From a virus, in the IMG/VR virus record IMGVR_UViG_3300045988_023742, positions 1 through 64,000 of that record: a stretch of 64,000 nucleotides of DNA; one strand, 5' to 3'. Made by a program: the position numbers and the translations under genes. Numbering within the stretch: the stretch's first letter is position 1; the number at the start of each line of letters is the position of its first letter. Below are positions 56,725 through 64,000 of this stretch, piece after piece. The notes below the pieces were generated by a model that was not told the DNA's origin, did not search any database, and was given only the letters and a program-made list of their open reading frames with translations.

Positions 56725-57402
56725 TTAAAACTTTTCTTCTTTAAACCACTCTATCCTTTCTCCATAAAGGTCATAGAGTATTTTATTTATATCCTTCCAT
56801 ATATGATAAGGCATCTTTTTGTTTGTTCTTGCAAAGTATGCAGGATGTTCAATCTTGAGCACATAATTGTTCTTACTGATATAAGGCTCTAATATCTGAG
56901 CTTGACTACCAAATAAAACATAGATAATTCCTGGATTAATCATTGACATCTGCTTTAAGAAAGCAATCATAAAGGGTCTCCATTTCATCATGTGAACACC
57001 TATCTTACCAACCTCTGTAGTCAATGCTGAATTAATCATAAGAATACCTTGTTTAGCCCAACTCTCTAAAGTGGGGTCAAAGGTAATCAAATTATGTGGA
57101 ATCTCAAAATTTATAACTGATTCTTTTATTATTTGTAAGGAAGGAGATAATTTATTTTCTGGAGTATCAGATGAATTACCAAATAGAACTCCCTGAGCCA
57201 CACCTCTTTGAGGATATGGGTCTTGACTTATAAAGACAACTCTACATTTATTATAAGAACAAAGCTTGAATGCTTTAAACACATCTTTTATTGATGGGCA
57301 TAGAGTAGATTGATTAATATTTCTTAACCAACCCATTATCTTCATAGTTTCATTTCTATCTAGTACTTTCATCCAATCTCCAAAATACTCATCTATTGTC
57401 AT
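56725..57402 (-). CDS. ung: Uracil-DNA glycosylase
   Basis: Carries SQDPYP (compare GQDPYH), GVLFGN, a later L..N..LT block and EHPAY (compare HPSP). The 225-aa length fits. Confidence 0.7.
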   Translation of the reverse strand: MTIDEYFGDWMKVLDRNETMKIMGWLRNINQSTLCPSIKDVFKAFKLCSYNKCRVVFISQDPYPQRGVAQGVLFGNSSDTPENKLSPSLQIIKESVINFEIPHNLITFDPTLESWAKQGILMINSALTTEVGKIGVHMMKWRPFMIAFLKQMSMINPGIIYVLFGSQAQILEPYISKNNYVLKIEHPAYFARTNKKMPYHIWKDINKILYDLYGERIEWFKEEKF

Positions 57403-58361
57403 AGTTCCCTACATACAATACACTCCTTGGCAATCTCAAGAAGCTTATCCTGTATGCTTTCAACTGTAATTCCAGGTATCTCAGGAATGTTAATCTTATA
57501 AGTAGAATCTTCCTTTGTTCCCATAGTACCTTCATAGATTACCTTAGTAACATAACTACAGTCAAAACCATCTTCTACATCCAATGGAATAACATTTGAT
57601 GTTTCATCATAATGTATAATATCCATAGGAAGATAAGCACAAGTTCTAAGCTTTCCATAATTATCATAAGGAGGAACAGCAACTACATCAGCAGGATTAA
57701 TAAGACAAGCTAATCCAGTATCACCATAGTAATTCTTCTTCAGCCATCCTCTACCTCCAATATGAAGTCCTGTACTACAAGTATTCTCTTGTACAGTATC
57801 ACACTTATCTCTGTCCATAGTAACCATCTCACCAATTCTAATCTTGAAAGTGTGAGAATGATGGTCAGTAAATACATTTTCCTCCTCTGTTTTATCTACA
57901 TTTCTGTAGCCAACAAAGAAACCACACCTTGAGATAGTCATACCATACTTCTGCAAGAACCAAAATAGATTCTTTCTACATCTTTCATCGGGATTAAGTG
58001 ACATAAGAGTCCAGAAGTTTCTATAAGTAGAAATCTTCAACTCATTATGCTCTTCCTCAGCCTTTATAATAGCTTTTGCAAGCTCTTCAGGCACAGAAAG
58101 ACAAGACACTTCTTCCCAATAAACAACATCACCTCTCATACTGAGGAGTTTAGACTTTTGTATCTTCTCAATTAGAGTCAAAGCATTATTATGTGACTCT
58201 ATGCTCTTTTGATATTCTGGGCATAGAAGCTTTAATACTTCTTCATCTGTTTGAGCTTCAACAACCTTCTTGAACTCATCTTCAGTAACTTCTTTCTCTA
58301 AGACTTCTCCATTTTCAAGAAAGACAGTGACTTTGTTGTCAATTTTAATTACTTTCTGCAT
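57399..58361 (-). CDS. Hypothetical protein
   Basis: 320-aa ORF, coupled by overlaps to the UDG gene and the GHKL ATPase gene. Confidence 0.5.
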   Translation of the reverse strand: MQKVIKIDNKVTVFLENGEVLEKEVTEDEFKKVVEAQTDEEVLKLLCPEYQKSIESHNNALTLIEKIQKSKLLSMRGDVVYWEEVSCLSVPEELAKAIIKAEEEHNELKISTYRNFWTLMSLNPDERCRKNLFWFLQKYGMTISRCGFFVGYRNVDKTEEENVFTDHHSHTFKIRIGEMVTMDRDKCDTVQENTCSTGLHIGGRGWLKKNYYGDTGLACLINPADVVAVPPYDNYGKLRTCAYLPMDIIHYDETSNVIPLDVEDGFDCSYVTKVIYEGTMGTKEDSTYKINIPEIPGITVESIQDKLLEIAKECIVCREL

Positions 58362-60532
58362 AATACTCTTAAAAGTTTGTTGTTCTTTACTTTGTTATAT
58401 ATTTTAGGGTTAACCCTATAAGCTTTACTTCTAACTATAACTGCTGCCATAAGTAAACCTTTCAATGGTTCCTCTCCATCAATCTTAAGTTCAACTTCCT
58501 TACTAAGATTATTGTATATCTCAATATGGTCCTTAAACTTTTCACACATTGATTTAACATAAGGGTCTATCTTTGTGCATTTACTTGCAACTTCCATGTA
58601 AGTCCTGTTTTCACTATACTTATAATAGAAGTTAATTATGTCTTTGAATTTACTCTTTAATGGAGGAGGAACAGTGTTTAACATTTCAAAGCTACTATAA
58701 TTAGTTGGCATACCTACATCCTTGAAAGACTCAATTATGGTATGAAGCTTAACTATAGTAGGGTCTTCCTTTAATACCCAGTCTTTATTAACCAAGAATG
58801 TTGGCTTAAGCTCATGAAAAGCATCTATTATCTCTTTTCTAGCTCTAATAAATACAAATCCTCTAGCTTCTGCAATACTATACCAACTATCTGATTCCTT
58901 CATATCAGCAAGTATGACACCTTTCTTCAGGCTCTTTATATACTTTATACAGCAATCAATGTCCTTAAAGTATCTTCTTTCTCTATACTCAGGACTTTTC
59001 TGAATGTACAATATAAAGTCTTTAATCTTAACTACAGGTATCTTATTGGACTTTAATTCTTCTTTATAAGCTAAAAACTCAGTATTTGTATCTAAGTTTA
59101 TAATTTTTACTTTAGACATAATGTAATCATACATATAGCCTATAAGTATATCCTTAGATGGATAAAACTTCAAGTTTATGATATTAGCTTCTATATAACT
59201 TGTAAACTGAGTCTTATCAAAGCTTGTAATTATAGTATATTCGTCATAGTTCTCTTGTAGCCAAGACTTAGCTGCTGCTGTTAATCTAGGACTATCAATT
59301 AAAATAATTGAAGCTTCTCCCATCTTTGTTCTATCTTGTGCATTAAATGGAATCTTGTTTTGATAGAATCTATCATTATAGAATAGTCCCTTAAAGTTAG
59401 GGAGTTCCATACCAAAGAAAGAACTAAGAAAGTTCTTACAATCTCTGAGAATTGTAGAACCCTTGAATGTTAGAGTACTAGAATCAACAATAGAGCAATA
59501 GCCTTTTACTCCATAATAAGAATATACTCTGATAGGATAATAGGAATCATCCAAGGGATTATAACATATCTTGTTTGATGTTACTTTATAGTATTCATAA
59601 AGATTGTCATAGTCTTTACTGAATTTATTGCTTATCATAGCATCCAGTTCATTCCTAGCTGCTTTGATTCTGTCTTCTATTTTGCTTATTGTATCACTTG
59701 AATAAATAATACTTTCTCTATTAGGAGTAATACTTATTTCTCCAACATTAAACTTGATTACAATTCCTGAAGATTCTATATTATTCAAGAAATCCTTTGA
59801 TGCAACAGACAAGAGTCTAGTATTACAAGGATAGAGTATATTACCTAAAAGAATCTTAGTGTCTATAGACTCTGAAGCTACAGCGAAGTTATTGAATCTT
59901 TTAAGTTTAGTGTTATTTACTTTATTATCAATACCATCAACATAAACATTAGGAAAGAAAACTATATACTTTAAAGCTTTCTTATATGGGTCTATATTAG
60001 ATATGTTCTTGATAGTTACTTCAACACCATTCTTTTCTTCTGTTGGCTTCTCCATTACTAAGTTAGTGGTAATTGTATTTCCACTCTTAACCATAACATA
60101 GAGAAATGCTGTACCTTCATAGTAAGAAGTTATATATACTGTATTAGTACAAGCTAAACTTGAGTACTTTCCAATACCAAAACCTCCAATGAACTCATTA
60201 CTTTCTCTCTTAGTACTACTTCCAATATTGCAATAGACTTCTTGGAATCTCTCTGGGCTAAGACCTGTACCAAAATCTCTAATAGTTACTTCCCAACCAT
60301 TATTACCTTTCTTAAATCTGACAATAACAGGGGTATCTGTTGTTCCTGCTTCTACATGACTATCCCAAGCATTACTAACAATCTCTCTAATGAATGATTG
60401 CTCTGGGTCAGAATATAAGTTAGATGATAACAATGTGGTAATAAACTCAAGATTCTTTGGGTCTATTGAGGTCTTAAATTCTCGGATGTCTCCTAAAACT
60501 TTTATATTACCTTTATCTGCATTTATTATCAT
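58349..60532 (-). CDS. GHKL/HSP90-like ATPase fused to a ~550-aa region of unknown function
   Basis: The N box is REIVSNAWDS, G1 is IRDFGTGLS and G2 is IGGFGIGKYS (compare Hsp90 IGQFGVGFYS). All lie within the first ~125 residues (about 60150-60400). Confidence 0.6.
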   Translation of the reverse strand: MIINADKGNIKVLGDIREFKTSIDPKNLEFITTLLSSNLYSDPEQSFIREIVSNAWDSHVEAGTTDTPVIVRFKKGNNGWEVTIRDFGTGLSPERFQEVYCNIGSSTKRESNEFIGGFGIGKYSSLACTNTVYITSYYEGTAFLYVMVKSGNTITTNLVMEKPTEEKNGVEVTIKNISNIDPYKKALKYIVFFPNVYVDGIDNKVNNTKLKRFNNFAVASESIDTKILLGNILYPCNTRLLSVASKDFLNNIESSGIVIKFNVGEISITPNRESIIYSSDTISKIEDRIKAARNELDAMISNKFSKDYDNLYEYYKVTSNKICYNPLDDSYYPIRVYSYYGVKGYCSIVDSSTLTFKGSTILRDCKNFLSSFFGMELPNFKGLFYNDRFYQNKIPFNAQDRTKMGEASIILIDSPRLTAAAKSWLQENYDEYTIITSFDKTQFTSYIEANIINLKFYPSKDILIGYMYDYIMSKVKIINLDTNTEFLAYKEELKSNKIPVVKIKDFILYIQKSPEYRERRYFKDIDCCIKYIKSLKKGVILADMKESDSWYSIAEARGFVFIRARKEIIDAFHELKPTFLVNKDWVLKEDPTIVKLHTIIESFKDVGMPTNYSSFEMLNTVPPPLKSKFKDIINFYYKYSENRTYMEVASKCTKIDPYVKSMCEKFKDHIEIYNNLSKEVELKIDGEEPLKGLLMAAVIVRSKAYRVNPKIYNKVKNNKLLRVLCRK

Positions 60533-60540
60533 ATCTTAGT

Positions 60541-60580
60541 GAAATAAAAAAGGTGAGTAGGACTTAAATCCCACTCACCT
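60541..60580 (-). terminator. Rho-independent terminator or attenuator inside the replication module
   Basis: Stem aggtgagtagg (60551-60561) with cccactcacct (60570-60580), with one mismatch, followed on the - strand by TTTTTTATTTC. Confidence 0.5.
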
Positions 60581-60589
60581 AGTACTTTG

Positions 60590-60847
60590 TTAAGAGTTGA
60601 TATATGCAACTTCTGAGCCAAGAAGAATGTGTTTCTTCTTCAAGACTTCAATGAGCTTATCACACTTACAGCCTTTACCACAACCACCCTTTACTCCTCC
60701 TGTAGTTGAAGACTTATCTGTATACTTTGCAATAATAGCTTCAAGCTCTGTGTTGCCTACTCTAGTATAGTTATCACCATACTTCTTTTTAATCTCCTCT
60801 TGAAGGTTAAGCTCCTTAACCTTTGCATAAAGTTCTTTTCTACTCAT
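60590..60847 (-). CDS. Hypothetical small protein with a Cys-rich C-terminal part
   Basis: 85-aa ORF containing GGCGKGCKCDK. Confidence 0.45.
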   Translation of the reverse strand: MSRKELYAKVKELNLQEEIKKKYGDNYTRVGNTELEAIIAKYTDKSSTTGGVKGGCGKGCKCDKLIEVLKKKHILLGSEVAYINS

Positions 60848-61827
60848 TTGAATAAACTTAAAATTGTTTGTTTGAACTGTTCCTTATTACCTAGAACCTT
60901 ATATAGGTCACTGATGTCCTTACCACCTTTGAATTGAGGAATTACTACATTAATGAAACCTGTTTTATTGGCTAAATGAACTCCATCCTTTAAGCCAGCT
61001 TTATCATTATCAAGACAGATGTAGATTTTGTTAAATCTTCTTTTTAGTTCATTAATAGCAGTATCACTCATTCCATAGCCCTCACCTTGAATAGATAATG
61101 ATGGAATACCTGTATTAGCCCATAGACATAAAGCATCTTTCAAGGAGGAACATATACATATTTTATCTCCTTCCTTAGGTACTTTTGTCCATAGACTAAT
61201 AACAGACCTATCATGTCTATTTGACCATTTGAAACCATTCTTATTAAATGGTTGATATATTTTCAATGTAGTTCTTCCTTCCTTAAACTCTACATAAGCA
61301 TAAGCATATTTGTCAGCTCCAAAAGCATAGCTCTTGTTGTCCTTGATAACTATCTTATGTGATATAGGATATACATCTGCATATTTCAACCATTTTAATG
61401 ATATTCCATAAGAACCCCAGTACTCTAAGTCATAATCTCGCCATTCTCTTACCTTACATTGTAGGTCAATCTGAGTATTTATCTTACAATGTCTTGTCTC
61501 AAAACTACCAACACCAACCTTAGTACCATAGGACTTATCACCTAAATCATTGTATACTCTAGCAGCTGCTTCAGCAACACTACAATTCCACATTTTAGTT
61601 AATAAAGTCCATATAGTACCTGACTCTCCAGTACTGAAATCTCTATAATTAACTTCAGTACCTTTAGGACAGTATAAAGCAAAAGAAGGCTTAGTATCTT
61701 GCCTTAGTGGACTATGTATTAAGCTAGGAATAGACTTAATATTTAGGTAGTAAGCAGCAATATCAGCTTGAGTTAAGTTACTCAAGTTTAAATAAGGTTC
61801 TTTTGATTTGCTGCCTTTACCTATCAT
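60844..61827 (-). CDS. DnaG-like primase (Toprim domain) with a Cys-less N-terminal zinc-ribbon-like segment
   Basis: Toprim Glu context IQGEGYG and DxD motif ICLDNDKAG. The N-terminal HSPLRQDTKPSFALY...YRDFSTGESG resembles CPFH.EKTPSF...CFGCG but has no cysteines. Confidence 0.65.
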   Translation of the reverse strand: MIGKGSKSKEPYLNLSNLTQADIAAYYLNIKSIPSLIHSPLRQDTKPSFALYCPKGTEVNYRDFSTGESGTIWTLLTKMWNCSVAEAAARVYNDLGDKSYGTKVGVGSFETRHCKINTQIDLQCKVREWRDYDLEYWGSYGISLKWLKYADVYPISHKIVIKDNKSYAFGADKYAYAYVEFKEGRTTLKIYQPFNKNGFKWSNRHDRSVISLWTKVPKEGDKICICSSLKDALCLWANTGIPSLSIQGEGYGMSDTAINELKRRFNKIYICLDNDKAGLKDGVHLANKTGFINVVIPQFKGGKDISDLYKVLGNKEQFKQTILSLFK

Positions 61828-61833
61828 AGTTTA

Positions 61834-62781
61834 CTATGCAAATGGGTCAGTTGCATCCTCTGAAGGACCATCAAATGGCATATCACCTGATGGTGCAGCC
61901 TCAGGAGCAGCAGAGAAGTTAGTAGGAGTTACAGAATACTCATGAACTGTCTCAGCAGAATACTCTGTATTAAGTACCTTATTGTTCTCAGCAGCATAAG
62001 ATGCATCTGCCTGCAACATCTTGTCAAGGCTGTTATAGTTTGTAGAGGCATTGCTCATAAACTTCTTAGTATATACAGACTGGAACAACTTACCAGAGTT
62101 TGCATCTGTTCTTACACCAAGACAAACCTTTACCTTATTATTAGGCTGGAATCCAAGAATCTCCTTAATCTCTGAGAAATCACCCTTGAAGAGCTTCTCA
62201 AATGATTCTATTTCAAGCCTACACTCACAATCCTCAGGATTAACATCATTGTCAGGAACCATGCACTTTTCATCATTGTCCCACTTTGTAATATTAGGAA
62301 TACACAGGAATGCTTTGATGAAAGCAGTGAGGTCTTCCTCACCAACAAAGGCAATTCTATAATCATTGCTAATGTCAGCCTTCTTACCATTGCTGTATGT
62401 AGGAATCTCCTTGGCAGAAATCTCTGCTCCTGTTGCCCAAGCAAATCTACCATACTTATCTACCACCTGATACTTACCAGACTTAGCACCAAACTGCTTC
62501 TGATTGGTAACAAAGAGAGGCATAGTTACAAGAGGCATCTCAAAGCCAATCTTCTTCACATCAGGCTGCATTACTATACTGATTCTTACATTCTTATAGG
62601 AGTTGCCCTCAGCATCCTCTTTATCCTGTACATAAATAGGAGCTTCCTCCAAGGTAGTGTTAAAGAGCTTCTCATGCTCTGTCTTGTTAGGATTTACTGC
62701 CTTAACAAACACTGGACAAACACCAATGTATCTCTTAAACTCCTGAGCCTCCTTTGAGGCATTTCCTTTACTAATTGCCAT
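61834..62781 (-). CDS. Putative single-stranded DNA-binding protein
   Basis: 315 aa with an acidic C-terminal tip, DMPFDGPSEDATDPFA, as in the SSB and gp2.5 classes. It lies between the primase and a recombination-type ATPase. Confidence 0.4.
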   Translation of the reverse strand: MAISKGNASKEAQEFKRYIGVCPVFVKAVNPNKTEHEKLFNTTLEEAPIYVQDKEDAEGNSYKNVRISIVMQPDVKKIGFEMPLVTMPLFVTNQKQFGAKSGKYQVVDKYGRFAWATGAEISAKEIPTYSNGKKADISNDYRIAFVGEEDLTAFIKAFLCIPNITKWDNDEKCMVPDNDVNPEDCECRLEIESFEKLFKGDFSEIKEILGFQPNNKVKVCLGVRTDANSGKLFQSVYTKKFMSNASTNYNSLDKMLQADASYAAENNKVLNTEYSAETVHEYSVTPTNFSAAPEAAPSGDMPFDGPSEDATDPFA

Positions 62782-62809
62782 AATTTATATTCTATTTAGT
62801 TGTTTATTA

Positions 62810-63208
62810 TTAGAGTGTTTCTGCTACTTCTGTTGCCTTCTCACTTGTCTCCTCATCATTTGCTATAGTCTCCTCAGTGTCAACAGGAGCTTCTTCCTCA
62901 GTTACAGGAGGAACAATAGTGTCAGGATAAATAAACTCAAATGTGACCTTCTTGATGATGTTACCATTCTTATCTACCTGGTCAGTAGGAGTCACTACTT
63001 TCTTGATAATGTCCTCTGTATGATAACCAGTCATAGCTACAGTAGGAGCATCAGTAAGTTCAATCTGCTGATTAATAACTGCTAATTCCTCCTCAATCTT
63101 AGCCTTTTTCTCTTCCAACTTGTTCTTCTGCTTGAGAAAACCCTCAACATTCTGAGCTGTTCTCTTCATTCTTGCCAGCTCAAACTTTGTAAATTCTTTC
63201 TTTGCCAT
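62810..63208 (-). CDS. Hypothetical protein with a coiled-coil N-terminus and an acidic C-terminus
   Basis: 132-aa ORF. Confidence 0.45.
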   Translation of the reverse strand: MAKKEFTKFELARMKRTAQNVEGFLKQKNKLEEKKAKIEEELAVINQQIELTDAPTVAMTGYHTEDIIKKVVTPTDQVDKNGNIIKKVTFEFIYPDTIVPPVTEEEAPVDTEETIANDEETSEKATEVAETL

Positions 63209-63220
63209 TGTTTATAATGA

Positions 63221-64000
63221 TTAATTATTAATAAATACTTTTGAAGCATCAAACTTTACTTCATTATTCTCATTAGATTCTGCTACTAAAATCTTTTTAC
63301 CTCTAAGATGTGGACATCTAGCCTCTCTTATTGTATTATCTCCTCCTTCAAAAGATATATAGGTCTTATTTCCATCTCTATAGATTAATCCTATTGCATC
63401 TGCTTCTCCACAGATAATGTCTGCTGCTTTACCAGCTAAATCCACTGACATTTCAGACATTTCTTGAGAATCTTTTCTAATCTGTTTATCTTTTACATGA
63501 GTAACTAGGATTAAAGTCTCACAGAGTGGTTTAAACATATCTATCATTTGTCTGATAGCTTTCCTTAAGTAGAGATAACCACTACCATTAGGTAGAAGCC
63601 TAACATCAGCTTTAGGGTCTATTACAGGTTGACCTGTCTTAGGGTCTTTATAAAGCATACCTTTATTATCCTTTAGATAACCCCAACCAGCTCCCATAGG
63701 AGTATTTCTATAAAGCTCTGCTGCATAGGGAATACTCATTTCTTCAAGTCTAGTAGCATTATCAATAGTTATGAACCTATAAGGAGCTTTGTGTAGTTCT
63801 TTACCTTTAGCTATAATAGCAGATTTAATTTCCTGCAAGTCTTTCATTGACCTAGCTTGTACTTTCATTACAGACAATGCTCTATATCCATCCTCTAAGT
63901 CAATAATAAGATTATCATCAATAGCTGCTATAAATGAGCTTTTTCCTTGTTTTGGTCTACCCATTATAATGAGTAGTTTAGGATTGTAGTTATCTACTAC
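63221..64000 (-). CDS. AAA_24/Sak4-like RecA-fold ATPase; the 5' end lies outside the window
   Basis: The reading frame stays open upstream of the track's Met to the window edge (..NPKLLIIMGRPKQGKSSFI). This places the Walker A motif GRPKQGKS after a beta-strand, so the Met at 63964 is internal. LIIDLEDG follows. Confidence 0.6.
   Translation of the reverse strand, partial: VVDNYNPKLLIIMGRPKQGKSSFIAAIDDNLIIDLEDGYRALSVMKVQARSMKDLQEIKSAIIAKGKELHKAPYRFITIDNATRLEEMSIPYAAELYRNTPMGAGWGYLKDNKGMLYKDPKTGQPVIDPKADVRLLPNGSGYLYLRKAIRQMIDMFKPLCETLILVTHVKDKQIRKDSQEMSEMSVDLAGKAADIICGEADAIGLIYRDGNKTYISFEGGDNTIREARCPHLRGKKILVAESNENNEVKFDASKVFINN

Noticed and set aside
1-64000. tRNA genes, CRISPR arrays, integrase or transposase genes, self-splicing introns or inteins in the polymerase or RNR genes, and stop-codon reassignment of the kind seen in some crAss-like lineages.
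   Set aside because: The only intergenic gap longer than 150 nt is the DGR region. I found no spaced direct-repeat arrays and no recombinase motifs. The PolA, NrdD and RNAP ORFs are continuous, with motifs in normal order. ORFs up to 2362 codons are intact with the standard code.

Overview
This window looks like a 64-kb stretch of a low-GC, tightly packed genome from a virulent crAss-like (Crassvirales-type) dsDNA phage with a Bacteroidota host. From 1 to 33.3 kb the + strand carries late genes. In order these are the 3' end of a receptor-binding gene, a diversity-generating retroelement (DGR), a lysis cassette, scaffold and major capsid genes, about a dozen virion and tail genes, and three very large virion or ejected proteins. 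From 33.4 to 64 kb the - strand carries a two-gene operon containing the crAss-type giant virion RNA polymerase (DFDVD motif), followed by a replication and nucleotide-metabolism module. That module holds ThyX, a thioredoxin, a small ligase, a family A DNA polymerase, dUTPase, NrdD/NrdG, two PD-(D/E)xK nucleases, UDG, a Toprim primase, an SSB-like protein and a Sak4/AAA_24-like ATPase. Seven copies of the Bacteroidota promoter motif TAnnTTTG (five with a TTG-containing -33 element whose G lies 21 nt upstream of the -7 T) and ten hairpin terminators split the late region into operons. I saw no rRNA, tRNA, CRISPR array, integrase or transposase, and long ORFs are intact in the standard genetic code. 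The most unusual feature is the DGR. The repeat in the template position (405-520) has no adenine across 107 nt, so adenine-directed mutagenesis has no substrate, although the RT gene looks intact. Other items worth follow-up are a HicA-like toxin coupled to a very acidic partner, a membrane-anchored retropepsin-like protease, an HSP90/GHKL-type ATPase in the replication module, and a RecB-like nuclease domain at the C-terminus of a 2362-aa virion protein. All functional calls come from motifs read by eye; no database search was possible.
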